From Iphione sp. A-MEVVRFRX5 (taxonomy: Eukaryota): 64,000 nucleotides of DNA. A program made the position numbers and the translations under genes. Below, one piece after another: positions 35,240-47,600 of the stretch. The stretch's first letter is position 1. Every line of letters begins with the position of its first letter. Location of the stretch: the NCBI GenBank assembly GCA_976226885.1, contig OZ320316.1:82770001-82834000 (forward strand). Direction: 5' to 3'. A model generated the notes under the pieces. It was not told where the DNA came from, made no database searches, and saw nothing but the letters and a program-made list of their open reading frames with translations.

Positions 35240-38200
35240 GTGAGTTGTAAATCAAGAATATTTCTAAACTTATCTTAAAATTGCTACCTTTCTCTGTTTT
35301 AAACTCAGTACTCATAAAAAAGTAAGGACACTAGACCATCGTGGGTCCCTGCGAGCGATTAATATACCATTAAGACGTTAGTGTAACCCAGAACCCAGAA
35401 AGAACCAGTCTACACAGTACATATATCCTAGATCATATTGGCCAGGAGGAAAGATAGAATGACGCCTTTCCCGTGTCCTGTTGGCTCATGTTCCGGTGCT
35501 TGATTCATACAGCAATAATTCCAGCCGTTATGAGTCATGTTCCAAGTAAATTATGAAATTTCAAATTCGCCTTGTTTTCATAATTACCGTACTGTTCTGA
35601 ATGTACATGATTTGGCGTTGTGAAGGCGATGGCACAGACGTGAACTGCACTAGCCTCACGGAGGGATGGCGTTTCTGTAACGAGTCGGGAGTCCACAGAG
35701 ACGATATATTCTGAGCCACCTATAGCGATGGACACGTGCCCACAGTTGCCAGGTGGAGGATAGGTCCCACGCTCTAACCTACTTTCCTGTGGCCCCCACG
35801 CCCAGCCATACATCGGCTTTCCTCCTACTGGCCCGGAGGAGTACAAGTCAGGCTACTCCAAGCCCATCATATCCACGGTGTTGTGGTGCTCCAAGCCCAC
35901 GAGTAAAGAGAATGGCGGCAGATGTTCGCAAAGTATGAGAAAGAACGAAAACGTGGGACAAAGGGCCATAGAGGAAGTAGGTGTGCCGAAGTGATGAATA
36001 GATGGGGGAGAGCCGATGAAAAGATAAAGGAAAAAAATAGGTCCCCCTAAGAAATTAGTACTTGAGGAATATTGAACAGAAAGAAGTGCGTTTTCTGACG
36101 GCCAACTAGCAAAGTACTGCGGCAGTAGCAAAAGAAATACATGTATGCCACTCGGGTAAACAACACTTTGCATGGGGTGATCTTTCTATGTCTTTGTATT
36201 GGTAAAGAGTATCGTGTGGTACTGTGGCCATGGAATTCTGTACGCTAGTTTTTCCCTCTGCTTGTCTTTGAGTAATGCCTCAGGTGCTGGCACAGTTCGA
36301 CTGCTATGTACTGAGACTCCACGGGTGTTACACTCTCCTCAGGCTGGGCAACTGGTTCGTGCAGCTGAGCACGTTTCTTAGAACTGACCCAGCCCATCTC
36401 CTTTCTGGTCCCTGTAATAATGACGGAGTTATGTCTCGACTGGTTCTTTGGATCACAAGCGACCCACAAATACACGCACACAGAGCTGTTCAGTTACCTC
36501 GCCCTCCGATAGCTAGTTCGAAACCTGCTTTGGCATGGTGCTTCAGGGAAGGTTGAAATTGCCACCTTTACACTGGTGTCACTTTCTTCGTATTGGATTT
36601 AGAAATGTCCTGATAAAACGCCTCAAGTTCTCCTCGAATGTACCAGACGTTTTGCTTTTTGGAAGGAGTACCTCGGGCTCCTCTCTAGTATCACCCTGTT
36701 CTTGAGGTGGAAAATCTTTAAAAACTAACAGGGGGGACTTGAGTGGAGAGGGGCGTGAACCATTTGAGGCCCAGCCTTGTGAACTTAGTGCTTGATCGCC
36801 ATTGGCCTTGTAGCAGCCTGGCACTCAAAGCTGGCCAGAAGGACTGTTCCGCAGGTCGGGTGCACTCTTTGCTGACGGGACATGTGCAGTCCTGCCGCGT
36901 ACTGCACGGCTTCTGTGTGGCTCAAAAGGACCTTACGGCAAGCCTTAATGATTTCTAATGCCACCCTACTCACAAAAGCAGTCGAGCCAATCACATGTAT
37001 TCATGCTTTCTTACACACTGTCGTCAGCGAAGGCCACAAGCCACTGTGCCCGAGGGCCCCGTAAGCGATGATCTAACCTGAGCCACAGCTTTCATCGGGG
37101 AGGTGTGTAATACCCGGCCATCATTATCCCGGTGGAATACACACCAGGTAAGCAGCCAAATCTTGGCCTTATTGGAGGGCTACATCGCCAACCGGCTTAC
37201 ATGTTAATCGGTATGACCTCCACTAATTGCCAACTATGTCTATTACCTGTTGTGATCTGACAGATAATTATCTTCCCTAAACGTTTGTCGCTTATTCTGC
37301 AGTTTTTTAAAAATGTTTTTCTTTCCGTAAATTATACATTACATGAGTATTTTACGCGTTTACTTCTGCGGACCGTTTTGTCGGATGGCACATAAAAACA
37401 GCCAGGTGTAGACGACTGACATAAATCCAGCATTGCTACGTTGGCTCAAGGCATGAACATGTATGGTGACCCAGAAACTACCGTTTCACCAAAGTGCTGC
37501 GATTTAATGTTCGTCTTGGTCACGAACCAAAAACCGTAGGATTTGTGGCATTCGAAAGCAAATTTAACATGCCCGCGCCCATTATTGTCTGCAAAAATAC
37601 GCCAATGCTGAATGACATACACAATTTATTATTCGGCGTTGCTGACGTACACACTGCCTGCTACTCAACACAGATGTACAGCGCGTGAATAATATATGGT
37701 CCATTTCCAAACAAACACCAGAATTCGTTGGCACTCTGTTTATCAAGCCACTGTGTTATTCATGATGGTAGACTCTGCAATGCAGTCCGCATTAAGCTTC
37801 CCCAAAACAGAGTTCATGTACCTATGATACAGCGTAACGAAAACTACGGACAAAGGCACGAACATACCACACCCTCTATGGGCTTTCAGTCCATGATAGT
37901 GTTCACTGCCTAAGCGTGGCGTTTTTATACTTATACATTTACATAGGTACATGTACATTATATAATTGATATCTGCACAGGTAGGCGCTGATGACAAGCA
38001 TACATGGAAGGAACAATATTAATTTTTTGTATTTTGCCATCAACATTCTGTTTGCGGTGGATTGTGAGTTTATTTTACACCTGAGACAAACAGCATTGAT
38101 TCATACTCCGGTAATCATAAATTAATTCAGTTGTCCACTTGAAATTTACGTTTTAAGTGTCATCTGTAACGTTATGATAAATGTCAGATTCAAACGTAGA

Positions 38201-41200
38201 ATTCTGAGTACACTGCGTTATCCTATTGCGAACATTTTGTATCACTGTCCTGGTAGGTACCTCCCGACCGATTTTTGTCTGCATAAAGTATTTTTACCGC
38301 GTTGTGCGTTAAACTTTTAAAAGGATTACCTACATACGCATACAGTTAATTCAAACAGTTTAAATACTGACCTAGGTCAACATATTCTCTGCACCTTTTG
38401 GAGCACGTCTGCTAAGCTTTTGAGACTTCTCTGTGTAAAGGGAACTTTGATCTTGGTCTAACAAAGACAATTCTGGTCAGCATACTCCCTTTTTGATCCA
38501 CACCTGTGTTGTAGGTACATGGGTGGGATCGCTAGGGTCAGGATGTCACGACCAACAGAAAAATTGCATGGCTAATTTAAAGTTGAAATTGATTTCTACG
38601 TATCCCGTTACATTTCCTAAAATCCCTAGAGGCATAGTCATAGTTGTAAATCAGGTAGGCGTAGTATTCATTCATGCAAATAGTGGGCGCTGTTGGTTCT
38701 TGCTGCATTTATAAGCAAATCATCACAGATACGCCATATATGTTCATATATCTATGAATGGTGTGGTTCATAAATGTGATCATTTATAAAGCGGTTGCTT
38801 TGAACACAGAATATATAATCGGACCTATTATTGCATGCGAAAGACAATCCTGCCGACGAGAACCACAGTCATTTCTGCGCCTTTTTCTTTGCCTTTTTCC
38901 CTCTTTGATCATTGTATTGTTTGTCATTACCACATATCTCACACTAGTCGGCGTCGCTTGATGATGGTGGGCGCGGTCCCGGCTGCTGCGCCAGCGCGAC
39001 TTGACAACACGCCATCGTCTGAACCGCCAAGACCGAGTCTCCAATTTGGCGTCCGGCGAAACCCAAAGCCCAAACACCTCAGTTCACACGCAAATGCGGA
39101 AAATATTATTCTAGGAGTAACAATGGTGAGGAATTGCCGTGGACTCGTGTGTCATTGATTTCTGATCGCAGCAATAATGTGTGGGTGGAGAAAGGCCCCA
39201 AGGTGTGGGTTTGGATTGGCAGGAACCTACCATGTTCAGTCGTCAGGTGTCCTTGTTCACTGCCTTAGGAAGGCGGGCCCAGGCGGACCAATCAGATCTT
39301 ATTAGGCACAGCAACGCTCATATACTGTACACACGCACTGGCTCTAGAGCAACTCCAATTACTCTAGTACTCGACGGAAGTATGTGAGTTTCTCTCCTGA
39401 TTTAACATCCCTAAACTTTTTCTAGAAAATACAAAGCATGGAAGGTGAATTCGCAACTTGCCTTTAAATTATGAAGACCAGCCCTTTTTATTTCATAGAC
39501 AGGTTATATATCTATTATATAATATAAACTTACACATAACTCAATAAAAGGGATAGTCATGCCATAGTAAGCAAAACTCTTATCACAAGCACGTTAGACA
39601 CACTACTTTGAGATAGTTACAAGAACAGGAGACCTTAGCGCAAGATATTATAGAACAAGGCAACGCATTGTTTGCAGTGTTCTCCAGATTTATCACCACC
39701 TTATCGTTGACCTGAGACCTGCCTGGGCTCTTCCCATGTGATGGGCATTCATTCAAAGCGTTCACCGTCGCAAACATTATACAAATGTAGCCAAGACAGA
39801 CTGTACAATTTGAATTCGGGACAGAAGAGTCTCCTTTACATTCATTGACAAAGCAAGAAGCTATTCAGATGACAAGCTTTGAATAAAGAAACCTCTATGG
39901 AAACTAACATGACCTCAACCGTGACAAGTGTCTAGTCACATTTACCGAATGGGGACTGTAGGGCGACGCCACTTATATTGTCCTTTTGGTGAACTCTTGA
40001 CTTTGACCCACTTGTGCGCTCTTTATTATCAGCCCGCCGTTATATCACAATACAAAACGGCTCTGCAATGTAAGACATAGACAACGCATGGAACTGAAAA
40101 AAACTGGGAGTCTCCGACATGTCTAGTTACCCACCTGGGATAACCTGAGAGAAATAGCTTAGTTTATAAATGGGGCCCTGGCCAGAGGTGTAAGGTCCAG
40201 TTCAAAGTGCACCTATCTCAGGGTTTGTGTCCGTCTACAAGATCAGGCGTGATGTTCAAGGAAGCACTTTTATTCGGCTCGATGAGTTGGTTGGACCTCA
40301 TGGGACTTCAATCTACCGTGTGTGTTCCATGCTGATAAACGACTATCAGTACCTTCGATCCCCGCCTTTAAAAAGTAGCGCCGGATGGAGTTCTACAGAT
40401 TGAAATCTGCAATATATAATCATGCAATAGCACGCCCGCCTAAGGGTGATGGAAACAAACTGGCGCACACCAGGGAACAGTACTTTAAACGGTTAGGCAT
40501 CGTTTGAAAAATTCATGGTTACCCGATACATTAAATACAGTCAGATATAAGTGAAATCCATGCGTTTGGAAAAGCACCACGTTCGGACCGTGTAATGTAT
40601 ATTTCAAGTATAGTATGGAATGTTTAGACCAACAAATAATTAAACGTTTTTCTTGAAGGTGTTGTGAGGATGCCAAATTGCGCCAAATAGCAGTTAGAGG
40701 TTCCATTCGCTTAAACAATGGAGAGGATCTTTCCTTGCGTTTGCTCTAAGCGTACTACGTGTATAAGGGTTGATGCATATCCAATTCCATCAAGTGGTGG
40801 GTAACCGTCTTCTGCTTGTCCACTCCACTTCCCCAAATGCCGGTGCCGCGAGGAAAGACCGTCCAAACTGATACAACTGTCTTCAATAATGAGAAATTGA
40901 ATCCGACTGACAGAACAAGCGTGATACATATGGAGGCTCACGTGCTTCCATGACCAGAGTTTCCTACCTCGTCGTATCACGGCGCCATTGACCCATACAC
41001 ATAAGAATTTTCTCCGCGACAGTTGCATGACCACTCTTGGCAAATAGACGTCTCGGTAGTGAATGTGAAATCGTTTACACAGTTGGTGACGACACTGGGC
41101 ACACATTCCCCTAGAATTCTCGCTATAATTAACAGTACTTCTCTATCTGCCTGACATCACGAAATGCCAGTCCCTGTTACTGCACTCTGTGCCTGCGCTA

Positions 41201-41681
41201 TTATTATTCTTCAATACGGTTATCGTTCGCCTTGGGGGAGAGATAATGCAGCCTTCCAAGAGAGCGGGTGGAGTTGTAGTGGTTCCCATCAGGCGACCAA
41301 TGATTATTCCTTCTCTCATCCAATGTAGATTTTTGGAGATCTAGTCACCTGTCCATAAGTGATTAAAATGGCGGCGTGTGATTATACCCGACGGCATGAA
41401 TCCATCTAAAGTCTGACGTTGGAAACGTTTCATGGAGTGTCGGGAATTGGCTATTTCAACCATTGGCAAACAATCATTTTCATGTTTCTGCGTTTTCAAA
41501 GGATTGTAGGCAGGGAGTCGGCAGCGTTTTGTTGAAATGATCGATGGAAGCATACAATTACTGTGATCGCGTTCATGCAAGCGGACGGAGAATGAGTCAC
41601 GTCGGGCTGATATTTTATCAGGAAAAATGATGTCACTCTATTTGACGGAAGATAGGTTATCGAATATGTTGTCGGTATGGA

Positions 41682-41765
41682 TAAGTTTAAATAGGGTGGG
41701 AAGTATAGCCGGTTGTTGGCCTTCGATCCAGGACATGGTCTGCAAAATAAGCTTATTGGTCGATA
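41682..41765 (-). pseudogene. Degenerate non-LTR RT fragment (domain 1-2)
   Basis: YRPISLFC...K.NNRLY...YL resembles NYRPISLL....KI.E.I..NRL..YL. Confidence 0.35.
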
Positions 41766-44384
41766 AACATATTGCTTTATTAGCTCTAAATCGATCTTCA
41801 GCGTATCAAGTCCTTCCGACGTGCTATACGTGAAAAGGTATTCGGTTCGATTCATGATATCAATATTCCTCAATTTATCGTTTAAGTTCATCTACCTACG
41901 TTTTTGTGGTTTTATTTAATATAGGCAGGCAGGTAGGCATATCAATATTAAATACTCTGAAAAATTATCTCACTAATGTTCACTTTATCATTTCGATGCC
42001 AAGTACGCAGACTGTAACAGGTGAGAAAGGACACATATTTATCACCATGCAGAAACGACAGTCAAAAGGATCGATAGTAGCAGTGTCATCCCTGTCTTAC
42101 ATGCAATGTATCAGGCATCATGGAAAACTATGTACCACTAAAGGGTAAAGATTTGTTTTTCAAACAGTATGTAAGGTAATATTACTGCCAAACCTCAGTC
42201 AAAGAATAAGTACGACATAGTCCGATTGGAGACGTCTGGAAAGTACAGGTGGGTGGATCGAAAGATCTGGCATCTTCCGCCCACACGGAGACACGAAACT
42301 ACGTCGTTGAATACTTATTAACTTAATGGGGAATCCCAGTCGAGGGGGCATACTGGGCCATTGCCTGACGCCAGTTAACATTCTACAAGTGTCTATTCAG
42401 ACAAGCCGCTCGTTTAAACCTCTGTACTTCGCGCTTGACCTCACACAAGGTCACGGCAGGTGAACGACAACTTTCGGTGTTGGCGAAGCGTATCCAGACG
42501 TTTCTCTCTATCATCAGTGACAGCATGATTGAGGCGGCCCTTCTCCTAATTAGGCCCTTTTACTATTCATGGACCCATACTGCACATTTAGACGAGGTCA
42601 GTCGGACAACTGGAGTGCACGGATGAGTGAAGCTCGAACCTGAACAGAAAGAAACAGGCATTTCCTTCTACATCTTGAGTACCAAGACGATATTCTGCCT
42701 GGTGACCTGTTTCTTTTCTAGTGAGCTTGTGACGAAGGCAAAAGAGACCGACTACAGAGCAATAGGTCATTATGACCAGACATGTAAATCAGTGGTCATA
42801 TCACCCCCCACTGCTCCATTCAAGCTAACAGTTAATGTGCAATAGTAAGCCACCAGCCGGCTTCTCGGTAGTATTGGTATTCCGGGCGGGGACGATGGAA
42901 ATGTTCCAATTCGTTCAGGCCTCTACCTTACGGCTTGTGCGGACTCTTGAATGTGCCCCAAGTGTGTTGTTGTCCGTGAACGCCACTCCTAATCAGCTGG
43001 ACGGTCAAATTACACTTGCTATCAGGCGAATAATACGATGAGGCCGTGTCGAATCATGACTGCATAATGGACTGGCAAATATAGAAAGCATCAGCGCAGG
43101 CGTCAAACGATTTTGTCTGAAGTGGTTTAGATGCAATTGAGAGGTCGTAGGCCGGATATTAATAAGGGGAACCGCGATGCTTTTAATGTATCAGACGTAA
43201 AGCCATTTGGCTTTTCTAACACGACTTTCTGTACCTACCTGTCGTCGTGTGCTTCAAGGACGGTTTATCAATGGTCACCAACTTTCCCGTTACAAAACAA
43301 CCCCTTAACAGTTGTCAGTGATACATAATGTAATAAACGTGATAAACAAGGAATTGAAGCCATCCTGTAATTACTTGTGGGACAGAAATTACTTTCCAAG
43401 GCACCAACTCAAGATTCTAACGATCGGAGCTCAAATTCTGTTAGATTTCTCGTGGGCGCACCCACTAAACAGTCTCACAAATCTCTTTGCACTTACGACA
43501 GGGAGTGAGTTTTATTTTAGATTCCAATCACGGAAAGTCCCTCTGAAGGAGCTGAGTTAATTGTAATGCTTTTGATGGTAATTCGCTACCGCGTGAGCTT
43601 CTTTTAGGATGGTTTCGAAAGCAAGGAAATCCTCTGGAACTGTAGCAGTCGTCTTACATAGCCGACTTAAAACAGGCGGCACCTGACTCATTAATTGCGA
43701 ACGAGTTACTGCATACGATTATACATTCATATTATTTAGCCGTGCTCTATTAGGTGGAGATCTGCGTTGAGGTCTATATTCTGAACTATTGAAGCACGTT
43801 ATACTCCGGTACCACGCCTCATCGACAGGCAGTCGCCAAATGAGCTCACATTATCTTAATGTTCAGGCATATTAGATGTTTTCAAAGCACAGTGGCTGAT
43901 TAAGCTCAATTGAAGCGAGAGAGACATGAATCAGCTCATTATATGATTTAAAAAGATAAATGTAGCAAGGTCCATCCTGCCACAGAGCAGAAATTCCCAA
44001 AACGCTTGATCATCTTTCTGGACATTTCTGAATCTGTGCAATTGACGGTTGACCAAACTACCAACGAGATTGCATTAAACATCGCAATGAGTCGGCTTGG
44101 TAGCAGCCATTCTTCCAATTTCTGCATGGTATATTGAGGAAATCACAAAAAGCTTCGAAAGTAACTCCCCATGTCTAAATTTAGTCTTCCAGGATTGGCT
44201 CCATCAAACTGTTTCAGATGTCACAGTCTCCAAAACATTGCTTATTTAATGTCCTTCCTCTGTGAAGTGGGAGTGGGCGCTTCATGGAATGGAGTACTGA
44301 GTGATCGAGCGAGGCGACGTAGTAATAGCCCATAGCACGTTCACACACGGCTGTTCACGGTCCCATGTCATTGCCGGCGAGTTA

Positions 44385-44624
44385 GCTTACATTATTGATG
44401 CTTTCATCTACAATTAGGTCTTCACGCGTGCGCGATGGGTTCCGGTAGCAATCATGTCCTATATCCTTTTCCGTGCTACAAACCATGGAATGAAGCAGGG
44501 TGACCCTCGCTCACCTGGAACCAAAGAGACAACAGGCACTGCGGTCTGGTATACCTGAACATGGAAGCGCGATCCTATCAGGATTCAGAGGAAAATGAGT
44601 AATATACTGAAGGGCAAAATCGAT
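44385..44624 (+). pseudogene. Degenerate non-LTR RT fragment (domain 4), with in-frame stops
   Basis: The frame reads IIDAFIYN*VFTRARW...FRATNHGMKQGDPRSP...PIRIQRKMSNIL. GMKQGDPRSP matches the GVRQGDPLSP motif of L1/Tx1/RTE/R2-type RTs. Confidence 0.5.
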
Positions 44625-47600
44625 CAATCCATGTCTGAATCAAATCCTGCCCACAGAAAATGACTCCTCCCTGCTAATTTAATAATAAGGTATTGAATAT
44701 TTCATAGTAACATGAATCACATGTACAGAGAATACAAAAATAACTCCAGTATTTGAAGCAGAAGAATCTCTATGAGCTCACTAGAATTTATTTGAAAAAA
44801 ACACAGTCAGAATAAGCTAAAACAAAATGTTACATCTTTTACATTTTCACTTTCCAGTTACCTGTGTCGTCAACAAGCAATGCATACCAGAACAAACGCA
44901 AATCCTCAAATGCAAAACATGGCATCCGTGAGGAAACACGCTTGCATTCACACGGTGGGAGCAGTTACACAAAGCAAACAATGGTCGAAGCAGTTTGTTT
45001 TTTTACTGTAAACAGAGCTAGAATGTTAAAAATATGGAATGGTTTGACTTCTTGTCGAAGCTCGAGGAAAAACGCCCAATTGGGGTAATTACGGAAATGC
45101 CGCGAATTCTTTCACTTTGAAGGTTTTCAAAATTAGCGATAGCTCATCTCACTGAAAATTCATTAATCCCTTCCATGTGAAATATTTTACAGATGTAGCA
45201 CACCTTGAGGGAATAGACATTCAGAAAAGATAGCGTTCCCGTAGGTCTATAATATGATTGAGATATAAGAAAGGCTTCTCCATGCAGATTTTATTCCGTC
45301 CATTTCCTACCGCCATTTCAGACTGCAATGTCAACTCATACAATCTGACAGGTTTCGTTTAGGCTTCACTGGATCACGTGATTGAATAAAACAAGAGCTC
45401 TATTTAAAAAGTCAAATTTAGTTTTAAGTAATTTCTTAGTTCCACTTGACCACAAACCTAATACGACACTAAAATATTTAATTAGCTGAAACCAATCCGC
45501 TCTTCCTTACCGTGAGAGGTATAGGAAAGATGCCCATAAACGGTTACCGGCTCTTTCAGAGTCTGCTATGATACTAGGGTCATGTACTCACTATTAAATA
45601 TAAATCCCTACCATTTAAGGATGCGGTCAATCATCTGAGTAACGACAAAAAGGCCAACATGTCTTCAAGTGCGAAGCGGAGCTTGTGAACAAGAAGAAAA
45701 CATAGGAGAAGGGGGCCTCCTTCATGACGATGATCGAACAAGTGGAGAGATCAAAGTGGTGCTCTCAAGTAGAAACCTAGATGATGAACGATGGTAATAC
45801 TAGGCTTTCAAATAATTTGTTTTTAAGAAGGAAATATGAGACAGCAGGCAGCATGAAACGGGGCGCAGCGAGTGCGAACATCGTCGATGATGAATCGCGA
45901 TTACGTTACGCTTTTTCTCTGTAATTCACTCTAATGAAATGAAGCGACGTAACCATTTGTCAAACCCTTTTCAGCCTATTGTTTATCGAGATATAAATTC
46001 CTTCTTAAAAAATATCATCGTCATAGCTCGATCCTTTTCATCAAAGGGATTTGTACTGTATGACTGAGAAAACGGACGGTCCTCTAAAAAAAAGTGCCGA
46101 TTGAGTATGATTACATTAAAACACAGTCACTTTTCATGCGTACAGGCATATATACCACACGCCACCTAAATATCCACTCAACACTACCATGTAGCCGAAA
46201 GTTGCTTACGTCCAAACTATTTTCACCTAGAAAGCTCACTGGCCAGTCGATGGCCCTTTGCCTTTCAAACAGGATCTCTTTGGCAAGACTCCAAGCGTGC
46301 AGGCAGTTCCCGTTTTCGGCTTATTGACATTAATCACAATCCTCCTTCCCGTGGCAGTGACTTGGAAACCCTCCTTATACATGAACCACCGACCTGAGTG
46401 TGCACTGCACCCCCGCACTAACGGCTGTAGGTCAGGTAGTGTTGACAGCCGGGAGTAGGAGGGCTACCTGCACAAATCTGCCAAGTAGAGGTCCCTGGAG
46501 GAATCTCTCAAGTGTGAAAAAGTTTGAGTATTCTTGCATGTGATCCCAAGGGGACAGGTCAGGTCTTGCGATACACTGCAGAGTAAAGTCATGTCTACAG
46601 CGAGCAGCTTTTGTCCAAATGATACCATGAATAGTGGAGACAGTTTTATTTCATACATTACATTCTACTTGAATACATGCATTCAAAAAACAATGTGGCT
46701 ATGGCTGTTTCGCAGAACAACGGGGGAAAAGAGTGTTTCCACAAGATAGAAAAATGGCAACCCTAGCCATAATGGATATATTGTGTTTTCAAAGTTCAAA
46801 CTGTATCATATGCCTATCAAAGCATCATTTCTTTTGCGTCTTCTCTGCTCGGCGCCCCTACCCTGTGGGAAGGCTGATGCGCCTCCCCTGCGCTGCAGAG
46901 ACTGAGCAGAGCGTGATAGCAGAAGGCGGTAGCAGTCACTGCGTGTGTCCTAGTGTTTACAGTCGATTCTTACTGCACATTGCCGTGATTTATACATATT
47001 TGTAACATATGACTGAAAAAAAAAACAGTTTGCAATGTACATCCATCATGAATCGTGACAGAAATTAACAAATTAAATGAACAATATAAAATATAGTAAG
47101 AAGAATTTGTTTTTATATTCATATGACTAAAAATATGATACGCAAATGTTGCCAGATAGGTCCATCGTAGCCGTGCATTCGAACTGAATAAGCAATGCTA
47201 TTTTATAGCTAGACCAATCCCTTGTGTCAACCTTCCTTTACGTATTTGTTAAAATAATTACGTGTTGCATAGAATGAACGTTTGAAAACCTCTAGTTAAC
47301 ACTGATCATAGTGGTAAAACAAATCTAGTTGAAACAATAGCCATATCCGTGACCGATGTATGTCACATATGAGATGTATCTACAGTGTACATGCACAATC
47401 ATTTACATTTGTGTGTAGTACAGGGCACAGATACAGAGACATGTGCCGCAATAAGCACATCGTTCACCACGCAACGATGTGCTTCTGTATTTAAGCATAT
47501 GGGCGGTTACACGACCATATGTGACATACTTGGAACCTGGAAGGCCAACAGTTGTACAGGTATTCATGCCTCCGATGAGTCAGCCTTACGAACATGAGGG

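Noticed and set aside
36579-36900. Gypsy RT-like words (RTAHVPS, DLRNSPS, TFEENL) on the minus strand
   Set aside because: The spacing is wrong, there is no YxDD, and the similarity is within chance.
42435-42845. Two in-frame ORFs separated by one TGA (readthrough or selenocysteine)
   Set aside because: There is no recognisable homology or SECIS, and such a frame can arise by chance in 64 kb.
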